A stretch of 64,000 bases of DNA from Pocillopora damicornis. Lineage: Eukaryota. Under the pieces are notes generated by a model. It did no database searches, was not told the origin of the DNA, and saw only the letters and a program-made list of their open reading frames with translations. The first letter of the stretch is position 1. Every line of letters begins with the position of its first letter. The DNA lies in contig NW_020845410.1 in assembly GCF_003704095.1 (NCBI RefSeq), positions 682,001 to 746,000 of the forward strand, in the 5' to 3' direction. Below, piece by piece: positions 1 to 14,036 of this stretch. Position numbers and translations under genes: made by a program.

Positions 1-204
1 TCTAGGATGCATCAGTCCCATGTAGACATGTAGGTTTAAATAATTTTCAAGTAAAATGTAGTACAAAATGGTACTGTTAGTAAGTAGTAATATTAGGCCA
101 AGAAAACTGGAATAACCTCAAGCCTGTGAATGGCTGTAGCTTGTGAAGGGTTGCTTGATCTTAAATTACCCACTCAGACATAAATGTGATCATGTGTTCC
201 TTAG

Positions 205-642
205 GTGGACTGGTGTGGCCACATGGCGCTGGGTTGCCAATGATGACAATTGTGGTATTTGTCGCATGGCATTTGATGGTTGTTGTCCAGACTGCAAGAT
301 ACCAGGGGATGACTGTCCTTTAGGTAAGATCACAATGTTTTGTTCAAGCAAGCTGCATTACTCTGCAAGTGATGGCATTTTCAGCTCTCACTTCAGGTTA
401 TGACATAATTGTCGAAATCAATACTTGTAATACAAATATGACTATTCAGGTGATACTTTCTCATGACATGTGATCTTGAACCAGGAGATACCTTTATAAG
501 ACTCAACTATCCGTTTCCTCTTTCAGTTTGGGGTCGTTGTTCTCATGTCTTTCACATGCACTGTATTCTTAAATGGCTAAACTCGCAGCTGCATCAACAG
601 CTGTGCCCGATGTGCAGGCAGGAGTGGCAATTCAAGGAATAG
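205..642 (+). CDS. ANAPC11: Anaphase-promoting complex subunit 11 (RING-H2), last two coding exons (205-323, 526-642); first exon lies upstream of the window
   Basis: Spliced translation WTGVATWRWVANDDNCGICRMAFDGCCPDCKIPGDDCPLVWGRCSHVFHMHCILKWLNSQLHQQLCPMCRQEWQFKE*. GT-AG intron 324-525; AATAAA near 860. Confidence 0.96.
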
Positions 643-1225
643 ACATGTGCTTCATAAACTACTCACTATTTTAACTGGCTTTTAAGGTTGTTGGTTTGAT
701 GCCTTGAGAATGGTGTTTGCTCTCTTCAGCTGTTCACGGAGTGAGGAATGGATGCTGATAGATTAGGGGATAGTTAAGAGAACAGGAAGTAACTTTGATC
801 AGAACTAAAGCACAGTGCAAGTGTGAAGAGGTAGTCCAAAAGCTGACTTGTCTGTCGAAAATAAATTCAGTACACTTCCACATAATGAGCTTATATCTGA
901 ACTCATCAGGAAATTTGTGCTTTTTTAAAGACAAAACAAAATATCCCTACTTTCATTGTAAATTATCCATGTTTATTTCAAAGATTACAATCTGTAAAAT
1001 GCTTGCTGTGGCTACCTAAGAAAACATTAAATTATTGCAAAACACATTTACATGCTTGTTTTTTCCTTAAGGGGGGCCTGTACACATCATTTACATCCTA
1101 AAAGGTCTTGAAATAACTTTACTCTTAGGGAACACAATTCACACTAGCTTAGGAGGAACAGACCAGCACCACATCAATATTACACTGCAAACAATTCAGT
1201 TTGAGTGAATCACAGTAAGCTCCAT

Positions 1226-4200
1226 TCAATTTGTTCCAGACCAGAACCCTGATCCTTGGTAGCCACCCTGATGACCCTTATTCTGCCCTTGTTTAGGCCC
1301 CTGTCCTTGAGACCCTCTCTGAGATGATCCAGGCTGGCCTGTTTCCATATGATGAGGCATATGGTGGTGGTAGTGGGATGGTGGGTGGTGTTGCTGTACA
1401 GGGGTCATCATTGACATGAATGGGTGTCCTGTATGTGGATAGCTTCCCAAAGGACCATGCTGTCCTGTCATGGACAGATTTAACGCTGGTGGTGGAGGTG
1501 TACCACCCATAAATGGTTTGTTGTCATTGAACTGAAAAAAGGAACAAAGTATTTCACATTACTATAAGCAGAAAAAATGGTCATTACAAACTAAACCACA
1601 TTTGACCCATTAGTTATAGTTGCCTAATGATAAGAGGTTAATATTTGCGATACTGACAAGCACCTAATAATAGAGAATGCCAACACTTGCATAAATGTTA
1701 TTTGTAGGTGGGAATTGAATCTTCCACTGAGTGTATTTGCAAACATTTTATTGTTGGGTCCTTTGACATAACCCTTAACTGTCTTCTAAAGAAAGTGTCA
1801 CAGATAAATAAGAGAAATGTGGCCAAAGAAACATCTGATTACTAACCCAGTGAATTTCCTTCCTTAACAAATAAATAAATTTATCATCATTTACTTTGAA
1901 CACTGCAAATAAACAATATTTTACCTTTCCAACTTGGGGTTTGTAAGAAGCTCCTGAGAGATCTGAAGCACTACTTACAGCTGGACCTGTCAACAGAAAA
2001 AAATTTCATAAGCTCAACATGTGAAAAAAATGATCTTATCAATAAGAAAAATTATCAGATGGATGTGTTGATATTCCTCAGTTGAACTGATTCATCAACT
2101 CACTGTGTACAACTGATAAATTATCTCTTAATATTACCAGTACTAAATAACTAATATGAAAGTCACAAACCTGAATTAGATTTACTCTGTGATGGTGAAA
2201 CTGAAGTGTGGTAACCAGACTTCCCAAAGTCATGTGTCTGACCTAAATCATCATATCCTAGAGGCAAAGGAAATAAAACTGTTTAATTTGTAGACAACCA
2301 ACTAGAAAAAGACAGTAGTAGTTTGACAATAGGCAGCGAAAGCTCCAAAAAATTAAAAAAATAGATATTAAGTACTTCAATTCAGAAGTATCTGAGTTTC
2401 AAAAAAATCCCAAGATTTATGATAGACCTGATACCAGGTGGATAACTAATATATCACAAACAAATGTATAACTGCCATGCTGACCTGAGGTGTAACCAGA
2501 CTGATACTGAGATGCATTCCCATGAGTTTTTGTTGGCATCTGTTGAAGAAGAGTCAGTATGATTTGAATAAAGTCTCAAATCCTGCTTTTATTCATTCCC
2601 CAGCATTTTCAGTTATCTCTGTCTTCTCTGGAAAAAGATACTGTTATCCTCCATATTCTTTACCAGATAACAACAATCTACTCTCCTGTCAGAGACTACT
2701 TTAAAATGTACTTAATGCTAAAAAATATTAAAAATTACTCAAAACTACTTGGGGAATTTCTGTTTTTGTTTGCTTATTTTTTTACAAAGACAGAACATAC
2801 AAATTGGAATTGTTTTCCAGTCCAACTTTCAAGAGTTCCCTTCCCCTACCACCAATCTCATAACTTGAATCATGCAACCCTATTTACCTGATACATAGGA
2901 GCAGTGTAAGCAGGGAAGCCCCCTGCCATCATTCCAGCCCCTGGGTAGAATGCTAGTCCACCATAACCATAAGGATGTGGCATAGTTGTTGCATTTATAA
3001 AGGCCTGCTGCTGAAGATGAGGTTGAGGAAGGGTCACAGCTTGGTTCAGGGATGAAGGAACTGGAGAGGATGTATCAGTCCGCCCAAACTTTTGATCTCC
3101 TAAAAAACAAAAATAAAGTGTTCAAGTACCCATGAGCACAGAAATGGTAAACTCCCAGTGAGTTTAAACATAGCCTTCCTGAAAAGTTTGATGGAAGAAA
3201 CTGAGTCTAAATCAAAGAGCATATCAAACCCATACTCTTAAAAAGTCACAAATAAAATTTTAAACAAAACATCCATGGGAAGTCAATTTTCAAATCTGCT
3301 GTGGTCCTATTCTTTGTTTCCCTTCCTTTTCACTTCCAAAGTGATCCACAATGGGATCTTGTGCCATTCGGATCCTTGGGATTGGTTATTCCTTTGTTGG
3401 GGATTTATTTCATATCGAACTTGCCCCTAAATGCCCATCAGACAAGTCAAAAGGATTCTCTCACTAGGACGACCAGGGTGCAAACCTGCTACCTAGCAAG
3501 AGTGGTTCACATCCTTTGATGAATACCTCTCTGGAATACAGAAGTGTCTTACCATGAAATGTTGTTGACAGGCCATCCCTACCAGCTGCTTGGAAAGCAG
3601 GCATGTCATAGTATTGTGACTGCAGATAAAGAGCAAATGTGTTAGTGCATTCCATGAACTACCACTGCTCTGTAGTTATAGATTCTCTATGTGATGTAAT
3701 TTGATATTTCAATAGCACAATCCTAAGTGAGTCTGTTCCCTTAGTCAAAAAGGTTTGATTTAAGGAGCAATATTAAAGTTCACTTATTTCTGGGACATGA
3801 TAAAATAATGAAATCTGAACTGAACTGTTTTATGAAGCATAATTACAATAATTACCATTTGTAGTCTTTGAAGATCTTCGTAACCATATGGAAGGGGCTG
3901 CAAGATAAAATAGCACCAATAATAAGCACAAAATAAATTTCCTTGGAAACAGTCTATTGGTATACTTACATAAGCATGAATAAGGCCTTGCTGCATTCCA
4001 TAAAGAGTGTTTAATGGCAAAACTCCAGGAGGTAATGATGGCTTAGCTAAAATTTGAGGAAAAGGAAAAAATATGCCCTAGTTTAATTTCTATTGTCACG
4101 ACAACTGCACTTCATCCCTTACCAAAATGCAGGACTCATTTATACTTGTAGGTACATGTAAAAATAAGTTATTACTTGTGTGATTTTAAATCAAATTTTT

Positions 4201-7200
4201 AAACATCTATTTTAAATCAGTGACCTAAACTGCCATTCTGTGAAGAGGGAAAAATTGGAGGAAAACAAGCAATGGTTAAAGCAGTGCTTACAGGTATGGG
4301 CATTCAATTTTCACAAAAGTTCAATTTGTAGTTTTCTTTGTTTAAGAGGATAACAATAAATATGAAAAAAAAAGACAAAAATAAAAAATGAAATAAGGGG
4401 GAACATTTTAAACCAAGAGAAATTTTGAACCACAACATAAACCTGGGAAAGGGTGATACTGAAAGTAATTCAGACCAAAGTTACATACTGGTATGAGACA
4501 CTGGTTTGCCTGTGCCTGACATGGTAACTGTAGTGAACCCTGATGATGTAGAAGCTGTTGACTGGTTCACTGATGGGGGCACAGGCACCCCAGGAGGGGG
4601 TTGGAGTGGCTCTACAGAGGACAGATCATTCCGCTGCACTGCAGTTGACACAGCAGAGCTAGTCAGTGAACTAGTTCCAAGCTTATCTTTAGTTGATGGC
4701 ACTGTTGGTTGAGTAACATGATGTTTCTGAAAGAAACAATAAAGTTATACATAAGTTTAGGCTGTAAATAAACATCTATAAAAGTTACCAAGGACACGAA
4801 AGAAGCAGCAACAATAAAAAGCATTTGGAATGAATAACAGAATGCAATGATATTTGCTTGCATGTTGGCACTTCTTCCTTTCAACTCTAATTTAATTAAT
4901 TTTATGAATCAAATGAGCTTCAACTTTGGAGAAGAACCTCTACCTGGTATGGTCTTGTCTCAAGGGTGATATCTTTCTGTATTGATGAAGACAACCCTGG
5001 TCTCAATGGAGATGAGGAGCCTGTTTGAGTCAGATTGGCCCCACTGAGGGAAGGGGATGGAATGGCAGAGGATTGCAGACTGGGGGAAGATTTCTGTTGA
5101 TCATCTGAAAGAGGCGGTTTGCTTGAAATGACACTATCTCTTGAGTCAAGCTGTGGAGGTAGTGGAATTGGCTCTGGTGTGATTTGCTGCAAGGAAAGAA
5201 AATGATAATCAGCTCATATCATAGGATCTGATGCACTTTAATTGCTTTGTCTTAAATAACCACAAGGATGTAATGACATAATTTTAAATTCTTTTTCCAC
5301 AAACCTTGGTTACTTGAGACACAAGTGCCTGTTGTTGACTTCGAGGAGATGGGTGCTGAAAATGTCGAGGTGAACTCTCCTCTAGTGTTGTCACACTTGA
5401 TGAAGCTGAGGCTGAAGTCGCTATTGTGATAGGTTTGGTGATGGAAGCAGACGGCAGACTTGTCACAGTACGCTGAGGTTCCAAAGGTGGACTTGATGAC
5501 TCACTGCTACTGCTTGAGCTAAACGTAGTTAAAATTAATTTACTGAATATAATTGAACTCACTGTGAATGATTAACTGCTGCATGTTAACATCATGAATA
5601 ATAATACAGTTTTCCCCCATTCTGACATAGAGCAATTTATTCACCTTTGTTCATCAGACTTTGTGTCTCCAACTATGGGCAAACTTGCAGGGAACTCCTA
5701 ACAGGAAGAAAAAAATTATGTCAATGCAGAATCAAATGAAGCAGTGAAACACAATCATTCTATAGGAAAAATATTTTCTGTTCAAACAGCATATGACCTT
5801 GTATTGCAACTTACCTCTTTTTTTCGTGGGCTGCTAACAGAATCACCACCAAACTCTAAATTTCCAAACTAAAAACAAACCAAATCAGTGCATTATTGAG
5901 GCAATTAAGTACTTTTAATTTAATTGATTGAGTCACCAATACCCAATACATTCAAGGCACAGGACACTTACCTGCACATCAAGATTGTCAACCATTGTCC
6001 CTGGCATCTCAACAGCTTGCAATGGAATCTACAAATGAAAAATAACAAAGTTAGCCTCATACCCTAGTTAATGTTGAATTGCTAAGCTGGTTTTATAACC
6101 TATCTTTCTCTCCCCCCCCCCCAAAAAAAAAAATATATTAGTAGAACCTTACTTACTTAAACTTGAATGAATCAAACTTCCACCTAGATTGAATTTGAAG
6201 CCATATTCCTTGAAGTGCATTTTTTCAGAAATAACTATCACTACCTTGAGCTCCTTGAAACATAAAACTAGTGTGTTTTGTTTCCATTAAAAATTCAGGT
6301 TAATAAGGTGCTGTTGCAGTACTCACCTGGCTTTTCTGTGACTTCTTTGGTCTGCTTGTGCGGGGCTGCCTCTGTGGCTGAGCTTGAATTGTTGTTGAGG
6401 AACTCTGAGGCACCACTCCAACAGAGGAAGACAGAACAACCTTGTCCAGAAGCTTACTGATAGTGTCATGGCTATTGTGCAAGTTACGAAACTCACCAGG
6501 CAGAGGAATACGAGGCATTGAAAAGTCCACCGCTGAGAACTGATCTTTGCCTGTGGGTTGATTTGTAGCCAGCTTTGAATGTATTATGGCCATGTCCACG
6601 CTGAAAGAGATTTGGAAATTTTGGGAAGGGTTTAAAACAGAATGCCCTTCTTGAGGTAAATTTATGGTATCTATTTTCAGAGCAATGTCTGTTTTTGTTT
6701 CCAGATTCTGTCAGAAAAACTTATTCTAAAAATTTTAAACAAACATATTTACACTCCAGTTTTTTAACCCTGCAGTGGCCCTAGGTAAGCTTACAGCCTT
6801 TTCCCTTGTTCTTAAAAGCTTTGGGCCTCTGGTTTCTTTACTTTTAACAGTCAAGTCAAGGTTCACCTCTCGGGAGTAAATGGAGCAGTGCTCTCTGGAG
6901 CCTTCTGTCTGCTGTCTGAGGTTGGCACCGTTGGCCCTGTTGAGCTAGGAACTGTAGGCCTGTCCACATCCCATGAGACTACAGAGCTATCTGCATTTGC
7001 TGGCCATGAGTGAGAGGAAGAAGTATTGTTGAACAATGTATCATTTGTGTTTGATGTTGTTGTCTGAAAAGGAGTATACAACAAATTAGTAAATTTACAG
7101 CTGCCTCCCAGGGGTTGCCACTGTTAAACATAAGCCTCTTCTGAACAGAGAAGAAATAAAAACAAAAGGCAAATACTGCTACAATAAAGTAAACATATCC

Positions 7201-10200
7201 TGGTGAAAGAAGTGAATTGTCTCAGTATTAATTATTCCCCCTTGCCATGAAGGCAATGTTTGTTGCATTCTACCACACTAAGCTCTTTTTATTTGTTCAT
7301 TTGCTTTTGCAATCAGACAGACATTTAGGTTGTACCTGTTCAACTGGATTCCATTCTTCAACCTCCCACTCTTCAGTTGTCAGAGGTGAGACTTCTTCAG
7401 CTTCTGTTAGTTAAAAACAAATATGATAAATTCAACAAGTTATAATAAAAGTAATGATTTTCCCACATTATGCTCCTCAAATACTTAAAGACCTATGTGA
7501 ATAACTTTGTCAAATCACTCACGTTCTGTGTCTTTCTCTTTTGAAAGATGATCTTCATTTTCACCCCACATTTCTGTACCTGTTCAACATACACAAGAAG
7601 CAAAGTCTAATTCCTGAAATGTTTATGTTGTAGGATCTATTTAAATATATAACACAATAATAAGGGGGCTTAAAAGGGAATTTTTCCCCTAAGATCTTGT
7701 ACTACTGAAAAATACTTCAACAAATGAATTAACATGCCAAATACTGGAACTAAGGCAAATATATAAGTAATGAGATCTAAATATCACATCAAAATAAAAA
7801 GAACATGAAAATGTTAGGAAATAAAAGGATACATCTATCAAGTTATTAGTCATTTGTCTGCTACAACATACCATTCACTGTTGGCCCATTTGCTGCGGTT
7901 GAATTAGATGCATTCCTGTTTCCTCCACCATATCTGTTGGATCTATCTCGCCCACGGGATTGGAATGATCTCCTAAATGTTTGTAAATGAAAGGCAGTAA
8001 GGACCCATGTGAATATCTTGCTAATCAAATGCAGTGATCAGCCAGCAAACTTTAAACATGTGAGAATCTGAGAGTCTGATGTGTGATTCCTTGTGAAGGC
8101 TCAGAATTTCTTTTTGTCTCATGCTTGTGACAAAACATATTACCACCCTCTTAAATTCATAACCAAGCTCATATTTGCCTTTTTGTTGATTGTACTTAAA
8201 CAAAATGAAAAAAAGGGCTGTTCTCTTACCCAGGCCGTCCACCACCTCTTCCACCCCTCCTTGGCGGGCCACCTATTATTAACCAATGAAGATAAAAAAA
8301 ATTAAAAAATACAAATACAGAGGAAGAAAATGAACAGAGCAAAATTAACACAGAAGGCAGCCTGATTAAGAAACTTCACACAATAAAGAATGTTACAATT
8401 ATTTTAAAATTGGTAATGCTTTAACTTGTGACAGACCAGTCATTATTTATATGATTATTGGACCCTAACTTATTTCAGTCCCACTAAAAAAGAACAAAGT
8501 TTCCGTGCTAAAAAAACAAGCCATGCGGCCAACAAAGCACATGCTTCAGACCTCTGCCACCTGGTTTTCGATCATTCCATCTGTCTTCCCTTGAGCCCCT
8601 TCCACGTCCACTTTCTCCATGATGTCTATTATTGTTATGAATTGCTCCTTCACTCTTATTATCCTTATCTGAACTGTTGTTTTGCTCTCCACTCTGTCTG
8701 TTTCTGCCTTGAAATTGCAAAGAAAAAACAATTTTGAAATTGCCATATTGCTGAACAACTGACTGATGAGATACAGTAGCATTTACAGCTATAACTGTAA
8801 TACTGAAAAAATGTCCATAGGATACTAAGCAACTTGGTCATTTGACCTCACAAATAATTCACTTTCTTCAACCACAAAGAGTAACAAAGATGATAAATTC
8901 TACATTGATTGTTAAATAAAGACCTTTTTCAGAACAGTACTCAACTGCAAATTCAAAACTTGCTAAAAGTTCAAATCCCTGAAAATGAAACTCACATGCA
9001 ATCAATTGTCTCACTTTTTAGAGAGTGTATGAAAAAAAGTCTTTGGTGAAATCTGATAGACTGCTAGATTCTCCTTTTAATTGTCTAATGTTTCCTCAAG
9101 AAACATAGGGAGAAAATGATGTAACATTAAATTTCAGCCAACACTTAATTCAACACTCTCCTATGTCTGTAACATCTTTCTTAGTATCACACTGACTATT
9201 GATTTACACTTGAAATTTAATCATGGGGGGAGCTGTAGTATGAGAAGCTAAAAAAGTAATGGTTTGTACCTTTGCCTCTTGGTGGTCGTTGCGTGGCAGG
9301 TTTAGTAGACACTGGAGCTGTAGTCGTTGGTGTTGTTGTCTGTGATGTAGGGATGATTGTATCTATGCCTTGTGAGACAGGAGTTTGACTTTTCTTCTTT
9401 TTGTTTTTTCTCATGACCCATTCACTCTACAAAATTAGAGTTTGGTCGAAACACACATTGTCATGGTGTCATGAAATTGTTTAAGCCCTTACATGTTACA
9501 AGTACAAGGTGTGTCCATGTATCAAACACTAATCATTCATCCATGATTTTACCACAAAATGAAGTTTAAATTTTAAGCCTAACTTTTAATGAGTGCTTTC
9601 ACACCACCGGTGATCCTGTAAAATAGAAGTCAAAGTACATGTAGCACAGCTGTGCTCACATGTAGGTCTATTGACAAGTCAAGCTATAACTACTATGTTG
9701 GGGCTGTACCTTAGGTAAAGTAATGACAACAGTTGGGCCAAGTGACCCATCCTGTATTTAAATTATTCCTAGTTTAGCAATTAAACCATGCTTACAGCTA
9801 AGCATGCTTGAAAAATTCACTCCTGTAGTCCACAATACTGGCTGCTAATAATAAGCTATGTTGTCTCCATTAATTAGTAGTCACATAAAACATTTCATTA
9901 TACCTGATCTTGGCTTCCCTCTAACAAAGCATTAATTGTGGCTTCTGTATCAAAATTACAATCATGCAGTGCAATGCTCACGACATCAAAACTGCATCCT
10001 GTCACATCTGACACCTAAAGAAGAGAAAAAAAAAGGTTTGGATACAATCTGCAACAAGTTCCAAAGACATGAACTGGACAAGTTATGGTGAGAATATGCA
10101 CTAAGCAACCAGCCATCTGAAACAGATTGTAGTAACTCACATAAACTGCATATGAGAGCTATGAGAACCTGTGAAAAAGATGCTTTGCTACATTATGTAT

Positions 10201-11568
10201 GCACACTGGACCATTTCTTGCCTAGCCTTTTCCTAGTTACCATGTGGAAGTTTATTACATGCAAGTCAAGGAAAATATCAAATTCAGCACTGTCAGGTGA
10301 GCATCAACTTTTCACAGTGATTGATAAATAATATCAGTTGAATGAATGATTCCTGATATTGATTTATTGATTAATTGAATGATCAATAGAGTGAATGATG
10401 GACTGATATAATAAAACATACCTGTTTGATCTTATCTCTCACCACTTTAGAATCTTCTGTGCTTAGAAGCTGGGCATATCTGATCTGTTCTGCAGTTGGC
10501 TAAAAATGAAAACAGCTGTTAGATATGTATCCCAAAATATCAGTAAAACTGGTAACAACAATAACACGCGCTGGAACCTGTCAGATTGCTGTACATGCAT
10601 GAAGCATTTAGCAACTGTTGAAACAATTAAATCCTTGTCCTACCTTGACCACTTGTCTCGTACTTTCTAATATGATCTAACAATGGTGTTGAAGTGCTAT
10701 ATCACACATAAGATAAGTCCCCTCTAAGCTATAAAACTATCACAACATCCTCATAGATGACAAGACTTAAGAGCCCTCCTCCTTATATTCCAGAAACAAA
10801 CAATATAGGTCTTCGTGTTGAGGGAGAGAAATCCAAGATATCCTAAATCAGTTGGAAGCATTGGTATTGTCAAAGTTTGTAGCCTGTATAATGAATAATA
10901 CTTAGAAATTTCATTTTGACCCAAGCAGTCTCTCCCATTTTCAGTTCTCCAACTGAAAATATTTCAATATCAAATTTTCTCCTTGAATGTTTGAATCTAA
11001 CTCATATTTAGGCGCAAGATGATTCTTACCAAAACAACTTTTTTCAACAAGAAAGGCAATTCAAACTTGGTGGCAATGTATTTGGCTATTCTTGATTGTT
11101 AAATTCTTAAGAGGACTTCACTAATTTAGAAAACTTAATGAGAATAATCTTGCTTCATAAATCAATATTTTTTGTTTACACTTGCTGACTTACTGTAGTT
11201 TTAAGGTTTTACATTACGTAGAATTCAATTTCAGGTATGTTACCTCTCAAATTTAATTTCAAAGCACATCAAATACCTTACAGTCAATTATGGACTTTCA
11301 AAATCAAAAAGTGAACTTAAGTAAAATCAATTTATAAACATAAAGTCTATTAATTATTATGGCACGCCATAAATTGTCATGTATCGGTGGAACTCAGAAG
11401 CTATCATCAATAATGAATTTCAAGATTGCTTAACTATACTTAAGTTAAAGAACTAGAGACAAGGAACGAAAATTAACCAAGCAGGAATTGAAGATCTACC
11501 TTTTTGGTATTCAAGCCATCTGTGTGTTTGCTTTGTGATGTTGGTACAGTGGTAGTTCCTCCTTTCAT
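1226..11568 (-). CDS. UBAP2: Ubiquitin-associated protein 2 / 2-like (Lingerer orthologue), multi-exon
   Basis: ATG 11568 (exon 11500-11617). Exon 10422-10499 PTAEQIRYAQ...DKIKQ; UBA exon 9904-10014 (IALHDCNFDTEATINALLEG); RGG exons ~7870-8710; VEMPG...FGNLEFG (G3BP-binding region, ~5815-6030); YGYEDLQ (~3860-3900); C-terminus GSGFWSGTN* at 1226. A further 5' exon has its donor at 12507. UBAP2 versus UBAP2L cannot be resolved (pre-duplication orthologue). Confidence 0.9.
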
Positions 11569-11583
11569 TTTTCTAGTTCCCTA

Positions 11584-11611
11584 ACTGTACAGTATATACA
11601 AGGTATGTACA
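11584..11611 (-). promoter_or_regulatory. Tandem Pumilio response elements in the UBAP2 5' leader
   Basis: Minus strand reads TGTACATA-CCT-TGTATATA-C-TGTACAGT: two perfect UGUANAUA sites (11604-11611, 11593-11600) plus one imperfect site, ending about 15 nt before the ATG. Confidence 0.6.
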
Positions 11612-12597
11612 ACGTTCCTGTGAAACAGAGCAAAAAAAAAAATGCAGAGTGAGGACATTCAAAACATATTACTGCTCGCTAGGTGGAGATTTGACGAGTA
11701 CTTGGAGACATTAAAACCCGCCTTGCGAAAAATTTCGATGTGAGTTCAGAGAACGGAAGTGCAAGAATACGTCAGAGACATCGTCGATACTTAACCTAAT
11801 TTCTAGCAATAATGTAGTCCTTGAAATTACAGATTTCTCTCCCGTACAATAAAGAAAATGATGGTATCTATCAGTAGTTGTTACTCCTCGAACCTATTTT
11901 GAAGAAAGGGCAGGCATGTAGTCAACACACAAATGACAACGAACTACGAATGAGTCACGAATCGAAATTGGTGAATGACCACCGTCGATAAGCAAGCACA
12001 CATTGACACTTAAGTTCAACTTTTCAGACGAGTCAAACACAATCAAGCTATGCTTTTCGATGGAATCTCTTCACAGCTGAATGGAAAGCAAAACTATAGT
12101 CTTTGAGATAAAAAATTATCGCCAAAACATCCACAGAGAAACTCCTTATTTGTTAGTCCCACAGCATTGGCATTTCCCTTGAACTGCACATGTGCCGACC
12201 GCTGTAGGCAAGCTTTCGTTTCATCACCCGTCGTTTCAGAATTAAACATTCAAGCTGTACAAGGCCATCGACGATATAAATATCTCACAACGATTTTCTC
12301 CTCCTCAAAGGCTAGATAAAATAGTTTGAGTCGCTCATCATCATTCGCGTTTCCTCCGTAGAATTAAACCCGGGTGTATGGCAAAAAAATGCAACAATAT
12401 TTCTCCACCTCGCAAGCGTAAATTGCAAGATCCATTCAAAATACAAAGCTTTGTCGTTACATACGCCATTACTTATTAGAAATCCACGAACAGGAAGAGA
12501 TACTTACAAATAGTTTGGCTGGAAATTAGAACCGAAGACTTTTGCCGCTGCACCAGACATGCAGGACACAATACATGCGTTTGGTGAAAAAGTTATC

Positions 12598-12636
12598 AGG
12601 TCACGTGCTACAATTTTGGCGCGCTCTCGCGGGAAA
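12598..12636. promoter_or_regulatory. UBAP2 promoter motifs: E-box, E2F-like and CGCG (TCTCGCG) elements
   Basis: GTCACGTG at ~12600-12607, TTTTGGCGCG at ~12614-12623 and TCTCGCGGGA at ~12625-12634, just upstream of the first exon. Confidence 0.45.
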
Positions 12637-12944
12637 CTGGTACCAAATTACTTTGCGCTGGTGCGCTGTTAGTGCTGTGTTAGAGAACGATGAAATATTT
12701 CGAAGGGTTTTCATTTTTTTAGTATGAATTTCGGGTTAACCCTGATCTTTGGGGAAACGTAATCTGTATTTCTCATCCTTGTGAGCAAAATATAATATAC
12801 AGCTACTTTTCGAGTTGTCCGTCTTAGGTCAATAGAACCTCAAACAACTGTTATCATCTGTCGCGATCAGAAAATCCCGTGTGCAACCCCAGTTGGACCC
12901 TTGACTTTATAATTACTTGGTAATAGATGATAAAAAATGGATCA

Positions 12945-13328
12945 TGGGTACGGTTTATACCACTAGGTTATTCTTACCGTTTCTTACTCACGGACGTTTC
13001 GTAAGCTTGAGAAACTCTTTCCTGGTTTCTAACAATACCATTAAGACTTTGACTACACAGAAATCGATCGTATGCTTGGAATTGAAATATGTTTGAGTAA
13101 TGATTCTAAAAGCGTTGTTCGTTTCTAAAAAACAAAGGGAAGTGTTCTCCGTTTCTAACAAAAAAATGAAGCCTTGTTCGTTTAGTATTTACAGTCTGTA
13201 TTTGTTTCTTCAGGCGACTTGACTTTTTTTCGGGCGACATAGCTAAAATTTCGGACAACATGACTCGGGTTTCGGGCGGCATGACTTCGGGCGAGATGAC
13301 TCCCAGGCGACTTGACCGGCTACCCATC
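12945..13328. mobile_element. Degenerate non-autonomous DNA transposon with subterminal repeats
   Basis: Imperfect terminal inverted ends ATGGGTACGG... / ...CCGGCTACCCAT. About five GGGCGAC/ATGACTTC-type repeats at 13213-13320. Confidence 0.5.
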
Positions 13329-14036
13329 ACAAGGGGAGAGTAGAATGTTTTAATGAGTGCCGTGAAAACAGATTTGTTTAAGCGTTAACGCTATCGTTTT
13401 GAGAATATAAAATTGCTATGGTTTAAGCATAAGCCGTTCAATTTGGAGTACATTTGTGGTGCCAAGTTTAGCCTCTAAATTATAGTTTAAGGACAATCAC
13501 TGCTAACACCTTTTCAAGTTGACCAGCTTTATTAAGTTTACAACAAATTTAAGAATCTATAACATAATTGAACCAGATGTACAGGTCATTTCCCAACACA
13601 TTCAGTCACAAAAACAAATAACAACAACAACAAAAAAATAATAATAGCCAATAAAATGTTCAATCACTTTTCTATATTACACTTGATCTGTAGTGATGCT
13701 AAAAAAAATCAGATTATTTCCAGCATTTTAAAGCTGAGTTTTCAGTGAACTACTGTTCAATCTTCAGTGCAAGGTGGGTATAGTGCTTTTAAAAACAATG
13801 CAAATTACTCTTCACTGGAAAACCAAGATGAAATGAAAATCTGAACAGAATTGAATTAATTAAGTTAAGAGAAATATTTCAAACTAGCATAGCAATCTTT
13901 ACAAATAAGTAAATGCAAATTTTTCAAATAAGGATTTAAGAAAAAAAAAGAGTTTTGTTCAGAAAAAGTCCATGAACTTGTCATAGGAAGCTAATGGTGT
14001 TGACAAATCATGTGACCAGACATGTCCAGGATAAGT

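Noticed and set aside
2055-2098. TGATGA...CTGA...CTGA on the minus strand in a UBAP2 intron
   Set aside because: The span is only ~45 nt, too short for a C/D snoRNA, and no guide was recognised.
9637-9665. Palindrome TACATGT-AGCACAGCTGTGCT-CACATGTA in a UBAP2 intron
   Set aside because: Short and isolated; TACATGTA-type palindromes recur in this DNA.
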